Made by a program: the position numbers and the translations under genes. The notes beneath the pieces are model-generated. The model searched no databases, was not told where the DNA came from, and saw only the letters and a list, made by a program, of their open reading frames with translations. From positions 4,216,001-4,280,000 of the forward strand of contig NC_058368.1 in the NCBI RefSeq assembly GCF_018350175.1: DNA of 64,000 bases, written 5' to 3'. The DNA is from Felis catus. Its lineage: Eukaryota. Of this stretch, positions 11,387 through 24,752 are shown one piece after another (position 1 is the first letter of the stretch; every line of letters starts with the position of its first letter).

Positions 11387-14020
11387 AAATAAAATCTTTA
11401 GAGTGGACCAAAAAAAAAGCTCCACAAAATCCTCATTCTATGAAGTATAACAACATGTAAATGACACACAATGGTATATGGCAGAAATACGGGGGTCAAA
11501 ACCGTTCCCGTGTACCATTGTAAACTCTGGAATCCAGTCAGGACTCAAAAGTATTTGTTGTTTTTCAAAAGAGATGAGACCCGTCAAAACACCTACTTGT
11601 AGTTCTTTCAAGTTGGCGTCCACTTGGCTATCTGTCTAGTTCGTTTCTCAGGATGGAAGAGGAAGTGAACTGCTGGAGGCAGAGATACTGAGCAGGAGCA
11701 AGAATGATAGTTCACTGCCCGGCGGGGGAATTAAAACCGCAAACTGCCCACCCAGCGCACGCACTTGACCCAAGCAGGTGCGGCTAAATTGTATTCCACG
11801 TACCGTTGTTAAAAGACGGATAATTCCGTTTTAGACCTATTTTATTCAACGAAAATAATTTAGGTGGAAAGCGGTCTTTCTGGTAACCCGGCAAAACACT
11901 GGAGCCTGAAGGTCCCCAGTGGGGCTTTATCATACTTAAATCGGAACAGTTGGTTTGTTGGGCCGTAGAGAATCTAAAAGGGTATCATTTATCTGGTGAG
12001 CGCTCACCCTGTGCTCGATTTATAATTTACAGCTTGTCTATGTTTTTTTCCCTTTTATTCCTCAAAACAGCCCTGGAGGGCAGGCGAGTACTGACCCCCT
12101 CTCGCAGATGTAGCGACTGAGGGTCAGAGTTCCCCAAATAGCTTAGCTGATGAGTGGCAGCGTTGGCCTTCAAGCTCATGTGTCTTTGGCTCCATTGTCA
12201 GACACGCTTTTTCTTCCATATCAGCCTCGCTGGAAAAACGGCGTTTCACGTATTCCCAGCTGAGACACCTTCTTGTCTTTCTCATTTCTCTTTCCCTTTG
12301 TTTTGCCTCTTCTGCCCTCTTCCTTTTTCCTTTCTTTCTTTGTTGGGTTGTAACTTGTATATGAGACCCTTCCAGTCCCAGCCGCCTGGATCCAAGTGTG
12401 ATTTTGAAACTTGGCTCTTGCGTGAACCTTTGACGTGGAGGTGCCGAACCTGTGGACAGCGAGGTCCCCACGCCCCTGCCCAAATGTCACACCTGCCACC
12501 CTTTGATCCCAGAAGATTGTGACAGGGCGGCTCCCATCTACACTGAAAGAGAGCCTTGGGATGCACTCGGCTCTCTCGGCAACTAACGTACTCGGCAAAA
12601 ACCCACTTCTGCCCCCGTGCAGAAGCACAGCGCCCACGTACAAAGCACCAAAACCAGCAGGGACCTCCCTGCAAAGACCTAGTGTACCCCCCAAGAAATT
12701 CTTTTTGAATACGTATCTTTGTTGTTTTCCCGGTTGCCAGAGTCATAGATGCGTTTTGCCAAAGAGTAAATTATCAGAGAATTATGAAAATTCAAAACAC
12801 CTCATAATTTCACTATCCCCCTCCCCCCGCCCAAAGATAATCTCTAGTGAATCCATTCTTCAAGTCAGATTGTTTTTTTCCTTCTGTCTGTGCCTTGGTT
12901 TAGGACACAAGGGATTAAGAAGGTTGTTGACCTTCTGCTTTCTTGGTCCCCTACCCTTTGTTGTGCATGTTCAGGGCTCACATGTGAAAGGCGAGCTGAG
13001 TAACTGAAATGAGGAAGGAACGTACTGCTCCTCTAAGACGTGAACGAGTTTATTAGCCAAAAATATTCTGAATATTTTATTCAGTAGCTTATTGAGTACA
13101 GGGACACTACCCTTTGTGTTCGTTTTGATTTCGTTTTTGACCGATAAATACCGCTTAGCTGACTGTGCATGTAACTACAGATCAAGGATTTTAGGCATGT
13201 AAGTTTTATAGGCAAATGGGCATTTTGAATGAGCGGGGATTTGCATTCTGCATCCAGAGTTTACAGGGGAGGGGGCCAAGAGATATTGGTGAGGCTCTTC
13301 TCTTCTGCTGCATTGAGCTGTGTTTGTGGGCTTGCTCGGTATGCTCTCCAGACGGAGAGAGAACGTACCCGACAGATCCCACAGTGTCGTGGTGTGGAAT
13401 CTGATTCCGGAATTCAACTGGGTAGGTTCAAATCCTGCTTCTAACATTAGCTATGTCACCTGGGTTCAGGTACATACCTTCTGGGAAGCTCCCTACCCCC
13501 ATTCATGAAATGGGAATAATGATGGTGGTTCCCTCATCGGGAAGAAGTACGAATTCATGAGATAATGTGCAGAGTAACCCAATCGATGTTATTGATTATT
13601 ATTAACCAACTCAATGTCACTGAGTATAATAATTACACTAATTATTAATGCTTTTGTAAGAGACGGACACGTACTTCTCATTCTGTGTTATAACTTATTT
13701 TTAAAGCGACCGTGAACACGTGTCTACACCATTCTTCGTGTTGTTGCATCGTATTTGCATTACACGGCAGGCTATGATTTATTTGGTTCTGGACCTTGTG
13801 GAAATGAACCATGTGTGCTGCTCATCCTTGGACCTTTGGTGTCACACAGTTGAATCCAAACAAGAATTCCATATTCTTCTAAGAAATAGGAACCTTCCTA
13901 CTATCACACAACCATAAACGGCTGAACATTTCAAGGTGCCCTCTTCTGGGTAGACCTTCCAGATCGTCAGCTTAGGAAATTTCTTACCTGGTTAGCCTCG
14001 GTTTGAAAATATCACTGTTG

Positions 14021-14099
14021 TTGTATGGAAACCAGTTTGACAATAAATTTCATAGTAAAAAATAAATAAATAAATGTATAAAAGTGGAAAAAAAAAAAA
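14021..14099 (+). mobile_element. Extremely 5'-truncated felid L1 3' terminus with poly(A)
   Basis: ttgtatggaaaccagtttgacaataaatttcat plus A-rich tail; 15-bp TSD with 2 mismatches (14006-14020, 14097-14111). Confidence 0.75.
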
Positions 14100-14528
14100 C
14101 TATCACCGTTGCTATCAGAGTCCGTATTTCCTGCCCTGATAAGTGAGTAAGCGTCTGAGTTTTTCTCTGACTTCAGTTTCTGAACATGCACATGACTGGC
14201 TTAATTGGAGAAGAAGAAAGGGCTATAATTCTGCCATAAACTGGCCATAATGCAGCAGCGGGGGGTCCCGGAGGACCTTTCTTATGCAAATGCTCGTGGC
14301 TTCTTGAATAAAGTGGATGACTAAGAATACTTAATGCAGTAAGAGAGATGATTAGCAGCGGGAGACACATTTGAACTTGCCGGAAGAGCTGCCTTTGTGT
14401 CCAGGAAAACCCACTCCGTAGTTATTAGACCAGCTCTTCCTTTTATCCCCGCCGTCTTTTTCGTCTTTTCCGTCTTTTTCACGCTTGTGACGTCTGAATA
14501 GCGTTCTGGTACTTGTGAATCCCTGCAG

Positions 14529-14707
14529 GAATGTGGCTTTGGCTACGGGGAGGATGCCCGGTGCCTGACCTGCCGGCCGCACCGGTTCAAGGAGGACTGG
14601 GGCTTTCAGAAATGCAAGCCGTGCCTGGAGTGCGCGGTGGTGAACCGCTTCCAGAAGGCCAACTGCTCTGTCACCAGCGACGCCGTCTGCGGGGACTGCT
14701 TGCCAGG
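14529..14707 (+). CDS. TNFRSF19: TNFRSF19 coding exon (CRD1 end/CRD2): ECGFGYGEDARCLTCRPHRFKEDWGFQKCKPCLECAVVNRFQKANCSVTSDAVCGDCLPG
   Basis: Acceptor ccctgcAG (14527-14528) and donor GG|GTAGGT (14708). 179 nt, phase 0-2. TNFR cysteine spacing and N-C-S sequon present. Confidence 0.97.
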
Positions 14708-14749
14708 GTAGGTTGCACGATTTCTTTGCCTCGTAATTATTGGCTTAAG

Positions 14750-14977
14750 TTTTTTAAGGCTTTTTTTAATGTTTGTTTATTTTTGAGAGAGAGAGAGAGT
14801 GCAAGCACAAACAGGAGAGGTGCAGAGAGGAGGTGGGGGGGGAGGGGACAGAGGATCCCAAACGGGCTCTGAGCTGTCAGCACAGAGCCCGACGCAGGGC
14901 TCGAACTCACGAACCATGAGATCATGCCCTGAGCGGAAGTCAGACGCTTACCCCGACTGAGCCACCCAGGCCTCCCT
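14750..14977 (-). mobile_element. CanSINE ~42 nt downstream of the exon donor
   Basis: Reverse-complement SINE body. Confidence 0.92.
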
Positions 14978-15909
14978 GGATTATTTTTAAGCGGGCTTTT
15001 CCCTTGTTCCCTCCCAAGTGTGAACCCACACCGATGGGAAGCGGAACACATTTGTCGCATGGTCGTGACTCCATCCTTGCCCACTGTGCACTGTGGCAGG
15101 CGCTGGTTATAAACAAAGTGAATAAGCACACTAACAAAGGATTAGCGTCGCGAGACCCTAAAGCGTTCCCTATAAATCGATGAAAAAGAAAATGTGGACA
15201 AGTGGACAAACGAGCGGACGGGCAGTTCACAAAAGAGGAAACACGTGTGGCCTGTGATCAGATGGCGATGCTCATCCTCGTTCGTGATCAGAGAGATGCG
15301 AATCACAGGTGTTCGCTCATTTCCGCGGGTTTTTGTGAAGCGGCTTTGGGGGAAGCGAGGCGTTGCTGAGGTACAGAGGCCGAGCGCCCTACCCGCGTGA
15401 AGCTCGTGTCCTAATAAGGGATTTAGAAAGGGCCAAACAGTAAATAACACAGAAGTGAGTTCTGTTGTAGGAGAGGAACCTGGAGCGGGTGAGGCGAACC
15501 AGCCGTGCCCGGGGTGGGTGATCAGGGCAGGGGGCTGTGAGCAAGACTCAGAGCAGCTGTGTTGGGGAGGGGCACTGCTGCGGACACGGGATGCGGAGAC
15601 AGGCCCTGTCGTGGACATGACCCTGGAGTTCGGGCCCCCGAGGAGTCTAGGCTCGAGGTCGCTGCAGAGGCGCGGCTCTCGCTGGACGTAGCGAGAGCAC
15701 GCCACAGGTCACCGAAAGGCACCGTGGCTCTTGCTGAGGTCAGAGGGGAAGACAGACCTGTGGGCCTGAAGGGCAGAAACGGGGTAGGAAAGAGCCTTAC
15801 GGGCTACGTGTGATGCTACGCGATGATTCAGCATCTGAACCGGTGCAAATTGTAATTGTGTAACACCGGAAACACGGGCAGTGGAAGGATAACCAGCTCG
15901 TGGCCTCCA

Positions 15910-16528
15910 CCCAAATGAAAATCTTTTGTGCTCCAAAGGACATCATCAAGAAAACGAAAAGACAACCCGCAGAATTAGAGAAACTATTTGTAAATCATAT
16001 AGGTGACTAGGGACTGTCTCATCTAGAATACGTAAAGAACTCTTACAACTCACTCATGAAAAGACCAATAACCCAATTAAAATATGGGTGAAGGATCTGA
16101 ATAGACATTTCTCCAAAGAAGACATTCAGGCAGCCAGTAAGCACATGAAAAGATGCTCAGTGTCAGGGAAATGCAAATTAAAGCCACATACTTCAAGCCC
16201 ACTAGAATGGCTGCGACCAAAAAGACAATGACAATGTTGGTGAGAAGAAACCGGAACGGTCATCCACACCCGTCCTTTCTCGATAGAGACAGAAATTCAA
16301 TTAGTGGTTTCCTGGGGCTGGTGGCTGGGGAGCATGGGGAGGAGTGAGGGGTGACCACTCAAGGGTACAGGCTTTCTTTTTTTGGTGTGATGAAAATGTC
16401 TAACACCGGTCATTCCAATGGTTGCATGCCTCTGTGAGGACACTCAAGACCATTTAATTGTGTACTTCACGTGGGTGGATTATAAGCTATGTGAATCAGG
16501 TATCAGTAAATCTGCCATTAAAAAAAAA
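15910..16528 (+). mobile_element. Old L1 (L1M-type) ORF2-end/3' UTR fragments
   Basis: aaaggacatcatcaagaaaacgaaaagacaaccc...gaatagacatttctccaaagaagac...gaaatgcaaattaaa; ends in an A-run. Confidence 0.8.
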
Positions 16529-17227
16529 AGGAATGGTCTATAATCTCAGACGATGCTGATACCTATGAATATCATCAGCCGGAGTTCTGACCTTGTGCAA
16601 ATCTGATTGAGGAACACAAACCCAACGTCTGACGCGTCTCCGTTGTTCCTCTTCTACGAGTCTGATAAAAGCACGTGGGTGCCCTTCATCTTTGGGGCAG
16701 GGAGAAGAGGTCCTGAGGAGATTCAGGGGGCAGCGGGAGTGCGGTAAAGCACAGGACCCAGGGTCTCGGTTTTTACAAAGAAGGAGCCCACAGGGATATG
16801 CCGTAGAGTCTGAGACAGGACGCACTCTCCCCAGGACCTCCCACCAGAAGTGCTTCCTCATGCTTAACCTCATTCGTTGTCACCTGAACCCGCTGGCTTA
16901 GCTTCTGTAATGTTTGCTCGTTTTTTAAGTAAATGCTTAGATGTGGGAAAGTCAGATACAAGGGAGTAGACATTTGAATGATGTTTCATAGTTTATTTAT
17001 ATGATTAGTTTAAAATTACATCCTTTCTAAGCCAGCATGAATGTATGAGGCAGGCAATAATTATATAGTGACTTTAACCCAGGCTTTCCAGAGTGTTTTA
17101 AAGTGCTCACCCAGGTTGACTCTATTTGTGTGAAGAAGGTAAACAGTTGGAACCCGTTTTATAGATAGGAAAACTGAGGCAGAAAGAAAATAAGCAAATG
17201 GCATATTGCTCTCAGAAAAATGATGCC

Positions 17228-17430
17228 GGGGCGCCTGGGTGGCTCAGTCGGTTGAGCGTCCGACTTTGGCTCAGGTCATGATCTCACTGTTCCCGGGTTT
17301 GAGCCCTGCATCGGGCTCTGGGCTGACAGCTCAGAGCCTGGAGCCTGCTTTGGATTCTGTGTCTCCCTCTCTCTCTGCCCCTCCCCCACTCACACTCTAT
17401 CTCTTTCAAAAATAAACATTAAAAAAAAAT
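17228..17430 (+). mobile_element. CanSINE
   Basis: Full body. Confidence 0.92.
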
Positions 17431-19061
17431 GTTTTTAAGAAAAGGAATAAAAAGCAATAATTTTAAGAAAAAAAAAGAGTCCTCTGCTGTCCTAAGGCTC
17501 AGCCCCAGTAGGACAGCAGCTGCCTTTTCCCCACAAGCAGTAGGGCGTGGAAATAGTGTGTCCCCTGTGCCTCGGTGTGAGTGATTGGAGCCTCAGTGCC
17601 CTTGTTCCCAAATGTGTCCAACGACTTCAGGCCAGTTCCTTAATTTCTCTGACACCTGTTCTTCTCACCTGTACGTTGTCATCTGATAATACCGACCTGC
17701 AGCATCGCTGGAAGGATCGAGGATACACTGCATGTAAAGCGCCCAGCAGAGTGCCTGGCCCCTAGTAAGCAGTAAATACATATCTGACATCCTCACCAAT
17801 TGGTGTTACTAGAAGCCAGTGAAAGCTTTATTTACCTGACTGCTTCTTTTTTGGTTTTTTTGTGAGGTGTTTTTAGAGTGTGGCCAGTGGGCCTGCAGCC
17901 ACCTTCTCTGTCTCCCGTGTTCCCATCCCTTCTCTGCCAAGGGGACATGGGCCCCCGCCTGGAAGGATAACCCAGCCCCTACCAGTTCTTTGCTGCTTCT
18001 CGTGACGACGATAGCTGACGTTTATTGAGCATTTATGATGAGTTGAGCACTGTGTGCAGGTTAGCTTATTTAATCATCAAAACCACTCCGTAAACCAGGG
18101 ATTAATATCAAACCCCCTTTACCAAGGGAAGATTGATCCTTGGAGGGGATAAATGACACGCCCAAGGTCACCCCGCTTGTCATGCTGCTGCTGAGCCCCT
18201 ATGCCTAACCACATGTCTGGTGTCACAGGGAGCCCTCCCCTGGAGCCTCTGTGACTGAGGCTAACCATGCGGCCTGCCACAGCCCTTCTGTGCCCCAGCC
18301 CCAGTACACCCTGGTGCCCCGCCAGCCTCCTTGCTCCTGGAAGCTGCCTGAATTGCCTTGGTGGGCTCTCTCATCTTCACATGGGGCCCCCCTTGCCCAT
18401 TCTCAGAGTATGGGCAGAGTATCCAGCGTGAGATCACTAAGCACCGCACTGTTCTTGGCCCTGACCCTGATGGTTCATCTCCTCGTAGGTATTTGTTCGC
18501 TTTCAAGGGGCCCTTGCTGTCAGTTGCTAAGGAACATAAACAGTAGGCTGTCCGTCGGTATGAAGCTGGGTGCCGGTGAGAGAATGGGAGAGAACAGAGT
18601 GGTCATCCAGTACGTAGAACATCCACTGCAGAACGTTTGACCGTGGCCTGACTGTAATACACAGGACATGGTGACTGCCTTCCGGGCTGTATTGAGCGAG
18701 CTCAGCATAAAACGAGAGCTGGACTGTGGTGTGTCTTTTTCCCTGCAGAAATGCTTTCATTGATTGAACAGTTGACGGTTTACAACCAGGTTTTCTTAAA
18801 ATGGCCCTTTTCAAACATGGCGTTCGTCAGGCAAACTGGTGTTATTTGGATTGAGTTCAATTAAAAATTCTTTTCGAATTCAGTGTTGGAGAAAGTTTTG
18901 GGTCTAAAAGATGCATTTACTGTGATTAGGTAAAATCCAGCATGATTTCCTTTTTCTGTGTGCATTAGCCATGTGAACGCCCAGCGTAAAATTCGAAGTT
19001 CCCCTATGGATCCCAGTTTAGCCAAACACCTGTATATGTCCTGATCCCTTTTATTTCATTT

Positions 19062-19281
19062 TATTTTTCAAGTTTTTTATATGTTTTTAATTTATTTTTG
19101 AGACAGAGACAGAGCATGAGCAGGGGAGGGGCAGAGAGAGAGGGAGACACAGAATCCGAAGCAGGCTCCAGGCTCTGAGCCATCAGCCCAGAGCCCGACG
19201 CGGGGCTTGAACTCACGGACCGCGAGATCGTGACCTGAGCCGAAGTCGGACGCTCAACCGACTGAGCCACCCAGGCGCCCC
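19062..19281 (-). mobile_element. CanSINE
   Basis: Full body. Confidence 0.92.
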
Positions 19282-19442
19282 TCATTTTATTTTTTAAAAT
19301 TTGTGTCCTTTCTCACTTGGTCAGAAAGCAGAGTTACCAGTGTTTCTGTGTCCCCAAAACCATGGCAGTCTAAGCAAGAGAAGGTAAAATATTTTTTAAA
19401 GATTGATACGTTTCTTTATCCACTTAATACTTTCAGTTACAT

Positions 19443-19879
19443 ATTTTTTAAAGATTTTTATTTATTTTTTTTTAATTTTTTTTTCAACGTTTATTTATTT
19501 ATTTGGGACAGAGAGAGACAGAGCATGAACGGGGGAGGGGCAGAGAGAGAGGGAGACACAGAATCGGAAACAGGCTCCAGGCTCTGAGCCATCAGCCCAG
19601 AGCCTGACGCGGGGCTCGAACTCCCGGACCGTGAGATCGTGACCTGGCTGAAGTCGGACGCTTAACCGACTGCGCCACCCAGGTGCCCCAAAGATTTTTA
19701 TTTTTATTAAATGCTTATTTATTTTGAGAGACAGAGAGAGGAAGAGAGAGAATCCCAAGCAGGCTTCACGCTGTCAGCACAGAACCCACGTCGGGGCTCA
19801 GACTTACAAACCATGAGATCATGACCTCAGCCGAAATCAAGAGTCGGACGCTCAACTGACTGAGCCACCCAGGTGCCCC
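19443..19879 (-). mobile_element. Nested CanSINE pair: young copy (~19461-19689) inside the tail of an older copy (~19700-19879)
   Basis: Inner TSD AAAGATTTTTA (19450, 19690); outer TSD TTCAGTTACAT (19432, 19880). Confidence 0.92.
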
Positions 19880-20398
19880 TTCAGTTACATAGGAAAACTC
19901 TAATTTCTATACCTTCATCTTCAAATTGGAGGATAATTTTGAGGCAACTTTTCTAACAATTAAAAGCACAATGTCTGTGATGGCGAGTACATAACTGGTA
20001 GTTTAGTAACTACTCGTTTTTAGAATTCTGAATTAATCGCACTTTGTACTAAACAGAAAAAAAGGAGAGTCGGTGGATGGTTTTAAACATTTTGTTACAC
20101 TTTTTTTTAGTTGAAAAGTTAAATTAGAATTAAAAATTAAGTTTAAAAAATCTTAGATTCTGCCATTACGCCATTGGAATAAAGAAGCTGGCAGGGCAGA
20201 TTCTGAATGCTTTGCTGTAATCTCCGTGCAGCTGCGGATAGGTGCTGTGGGTCACGTCCAAGCATCATCTGTCCGTGGGTGCAGCGGTTACATACGTGGG
20301 AGCCTCATGAATTGGTGTGTCCACTCCACCTCATTTCTAGTCAGCTTTTCAAGCTATTTCTGCTTAGTGTTTAATGGTCATTTAAACATGATGTGATT

Positions 20399-20619
20399 GG
20401 GGTGCCTGGGTGGCTCAGTCTGTTGAGCATCCAATTTTGGCTCATGTCACGATCTCACAGTTCATGAGTTCGAGCCCCACGTCGGGCTCTGTGCCGACAG
20501 CTCGGAGCCTGGAGCCTGCTTCGGATTCTGTCTCCCTCTCTCTCTGCCCCTCCCCTGCTCACGGTCTGTGTCTCTCCCTCTCAAAAATAAATAAACGTTA
20601 AAAAATTAAAAAAAAAAAA
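20399..20619 (+). mobile_element. CanSINE
   Basis: Full body; TSD aaacatg(a/g)tgtgatt. Confidence 0.92.
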
Positions 20620-21119
20620 CATGGTGTGATTTGCTCACCTTCTAGTTTCGTCTCCATAATGGCCCTCAAACTCATAACATATTTTCATCAGTATATTTTG
20701 GCAAATATATGTGGTTCATTTGTTAGGGAAAGCTCAGACCTCAAAAGCGTTTTGTCACGAGGAGAGGTCCTTGTTTTAAAAACATTTAATGGCATCTGCA
20801 TTGGATTCTCCATGCTTTCCATTTCCTTAGTTTTTAAGAAGTTTTAAAATGTGTGTTTCAGTATCAAAATGCGATGCTGAAAATGTTGGGTGTAACATTT
20901 TTTTATTTCACTTTCTGTTCTGCTTATTTACAAAAATGAGTTTTCACATGTAAAACTATTTTAGACTGTGTCGATGTTTACTTGTAATTTGGCAGATTTT
21001 CTGGCCGAGAGGATAAATAATAGTAGTCTGCATATATTACAATGTTTAGTGAGAAATACATCTGTAATAATGACGTCTTACATTACGCTACGGTTTTTGC
21101 CTTACTTCACAAATTTTTA

Positions 21120-23100
21120 TGCATTTTTGGTTGTGAAAAATAACATAAGGTTTATCGTCTTAACCATTTTTAAGTGTATAGGTTACTAGTGTTAAGTACA
21201 TTTACGTTGTTTGGAACAGATCTCTAGAACATTTTCATCTTCCCAAACTGAAACTCTATACCCAGTAAACAACAACCTATCCCCCTTTCCTGCTCCCTTC
21301 GGCCCCTGGTAATCACTGTTTATATGAATTTGATTACATACCTAATCTGAGTGGAATCATGTAGTCTTTCTCCTTTTGTGACTGGTTTGTTTCACTTAAC
21401 ATAACGTCCTTAAGATTCATCCGTGTTCTAGGAGGGACTGGGACAGGATTTCCTTCCTTTCATGCTTTTTTTTTTTTTTTTTAAATTAGAGCAGGTCTGT
21501 TCTTTTTAAAAAAAATTTTTTTTAAGTTTATTCATTTGTTTTGAAAGAGATGGAGACAGCATGAGTGGGGGCAGGGCAGAGAGAGAGAGAGGGAGGGACA
21601 GAATCCCACACGTGCTGCCAGCACAGAGCCTGATGTGGGGCTGGAACTCACGAAACCGTGAGATCAGATCGTGACCTCAGCCGAAACCAAGAGCCAGATG
21701 CTTAACTGACTGAGCCGCCCAGGCACCCCCAGGATTTCCTTCCTTTTCAAGGCTGGATAATATTCCATTATATGGCTATGCCTCATTTTGTTTACCCCTC
21801 CATTTGCCCCGTGGATATTTGGACCTGCACCTTTTGGCTGTTGTGAATAGTGATGCTAGGAATAAGGGTGCAAATATCTCATCTACACCCTGCCTTCCGT
21901 TCTCTTGGAATCAACCCAGTAGTGGAATTGCTGGATCATATGGCCGTTGTGTTTTTCGTGTTTTGAGGAACCTCCTTCCCGATCTCCGTAGCACCATCTC
22001 ACTTTCCCACCAACAGTGCACAGCGCTTCCAATTCCCCTCCGAAGCCTCCCCACACTCGATGGTTTCTGTGTTGCTTTGGTTTGCTTTTCAGTAGCCGTC
22101 CTGATGGGTGTGAAGTGATACTTCATTGTGGTTTTGAAGTGCATTTTCCTGATGAGGAGTGATGTTGGCTGTCGGCCGTCTTTTCATGTGCTTATTGGCC
22201 ATTTGTATACCATCTCTGCAGAAATGTCTCTTCAAGTCCTTTGCCCATCTTTTAATCAGGTTATTTGATTTTTGTTGTTGAGTGAATATCCTAGACATCA
22301 ACTCCTTACCAAATACAGGATTTGCAAAGATTTTCTCCCCTAGTGCAGGTTCATTTTTCACTCCGTTGATTGTCGATTGTATCCTTGTTTTTTTTTTAAT
22401 CCTGTAAAAGAAGATTATTATTTTATTATCATTTAAAACTTTTTTTTTGATGTGACCTACTTGGTTTTAACCAGTTTATTGAGGTATAATTGACAATTAA
22501 AAAGCTGTACGTATTTAATGTATACAACTTGATGAGTTTGGGGATAAGTATACATTGATTGTGTCCTTTGATGCAGAAAATTTCACGCAGCCCAGGGTAT
22601 CAGTTTTTGCTTTTGTTGCCTATTTCACATATGCCTTTTGATTGCATTTTGACGTCACATGCAAGAAATCATTGCCAAATTCAAAGTCATGAAGTTTTTC
22701 TCCTGTTTTCTTTTAGGAGTTTTATAGTTTTGGGTCTTATGTTTAGGTTTTTAATTCATTTTGAATTAGTTTTTGTATAGGGTGTTAGACAAGGTTCCAA
22801 CTTTTGCATGTGGATATCCAGTTTTCCCAGCACCATTTGTTGAAGACCTGTCTCCGTTTAGGTGGCCTTGGTACTCTTGCTGAAGATCATTTGACCCTAT
22901 ATGTGAGAGTTTATTTCTGGGCTGTCTTGTTCCATTGGTCTACGTGTCTTGTCTTTGTACCAGTATTGATTATTGTAGCTGTAATTGGCTATTGTACTGT
23001 ATTGTATGTGGTACGCTGTGTTGTGTATTGCACTCTATTGATTATTATAGCTTTGTAATATGTTTCAATATCAGGAAGTGTTACTCCTCCACCTTTGTTC
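21120..23100 (-). mobile_element. Old L1 (L1MA/MB-type) 3' UTR and ORF2 end, interrupted by a minus SINE (~21505-21730) and a short second L1 (~22387-22556)
   Basis: ORF-track peptides such as TTMKYHFTPIRTA..., YDPAIPLLG and KRWAKDLKRHF are degraded L1 ORF2p; SINE TSD caggatttccttcc. Confidence 0.88.
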
Positions 23101-23276
23101 TTTGACTATTGCTTTGTGCATCACAAAATAGATTTTTTAATTAAAACCAGGTGGGAAGTCACCATATTACAATATGGACATATTTTCATAGTCAAATGAA
23201 AATGGAAGGTTAGGCAAACACTGAATGTACCTTAGCATTTGAGGTAATTTACCTGCTTTTAAAGAAAAATTTTGCA

Positions 23277-23495
23277 GGGGCGCCTGGGTGGCTCAGTCGG
23301 TTGAGCGTCGGACTTCAGCTCAGGTCACGATCTCGCGGTCCATGAGTTCGAGCCCCGCGTCAGGCTCTGTGCTGACAGCTCAGAGCCTGGAGCCTATTTC
23401 AGATTCTATGTCTCCCTCTCTCCCTGACCCTCCCCCGTTCATGCTCTGTCTGTCTCTGTCTCAAAAATAAATAAATGTTAAAAAAAAATTTTTTT
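23277..23495 (+). mobile_element. CanSINE
   Basis: Full body; TSD aagaaaaattttg. Confidence 0.92.
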
Positions 23496-23675
23496 AAGAA
23501 AAATTTTGCTTCAACCATAAATCATACAGATTTGCTACTACAATATCCAATTTCATAAAATAATTTCATCTGTCTTGCTCTTTATAAACTTGATCTGTAA
23601 ATTGATTCTCCAAATCACTATTTTGTCATAGAAAAAAATATATTTTGAAATACATTTACAAGTAATCACTGTTTT

Positions 23676-23888
23676 CTTAAAATTTTCAAATGTTTATTTG
23701 TTTTTTGAGAGAAAGAGACAGAGTGTGAGCGAGGGAGGGGCAGAGAGAGAGGGACACAGAATCCGAAGCCGGCTCCAGGCTCCGGGCTGTTGGCACAGAG
23801 CTGGACGCAGGGCTCGAACTCACGGAGTGTGAGATCATGACCCGAGCCGAAGTTGGCTGCTTAACCGACTGAGCCACCCAGGCGCCCC
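23676..23888 (-). mobile_element. CanSINE
   Basis: Full body; TSD taatcactgtt. Confidence 0.92.
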
Positions 23889-24700
23889 TAAATAATCACT
23901 GTTAATATTTGGCATATAATATGCTTCCACATTTTTTCAGTGCAAATACATGTATGTAAATTATTTTAGCTGCTTTGGTAAAAAAAAAAATCTAAAAGGA
24001 TCTATACCAGAGTGTGTGTTCGTACAAAATAGAATTATGTTATTCGCCTTTCTTTTTTTCACCTACTGATATTTCATGAGTTAAAAAAAATATGTATACT
24101 AGATCTACGTCGTATTCCACTGCCTCGGGACTACCGTGGCTAGTCATATCGACTGTTATGTACTGAAAGCGTGCCTAACTGGGTTTTTTCTTTTATAAAT
24201 AATAACACGATTGTATTGTTGTAAATACCGCGTCACCCACTTGGTTGTTTCTTTAGGAAAAATTTCAAAAAAATGAACCTCCTGGTTAAAGGATATATAA
24301 ACTATTTTATTGGGTTCTGATGGCGTATCGCTAAACTGCCCTTCTACAAGTGGCCTTTATGATGCCACTGGCATCCAGACATGTGCTATTTTGTCTGTAC
24401 TCACTAGTGTTCTGAGTAAAAATGGTACATTTTCACTGCAGTGTGCATTTACTTGATTAGTTTCACAGGGTCTAACATTTCAATGTTAAATTTTTTTAAC
24501 ATTTAATTGCATCATGCTTTTTAGTTTTCACTGAAAGTTTTAAATTATGAAATGTTCTTCTTTTTGGGAGTTAATGTTCTTTGCCTGTTTCTATTACAGA
24601 CTGAAATTACAGACAATGCTATGATTAGGACTATTTTTCAGGGTTATTTTGCCCATTAACTATGTTGATGGTGCTTTATTTCTTTTTGCTCTTCAGCAGT

Positions 24701-24704
<4 letters not shown>

Positions 24705-24752
<48 letters not shown>

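Noticed and set aside
12124..13007. Overlapping 120-160-aa ORFs on both strands (likewise 5560-6037, 15142-15705, 54386-54940)
   Set aside because: No recognisable domain, composition typical of GC-rich non-coding DNA, and no coherent splice structure.
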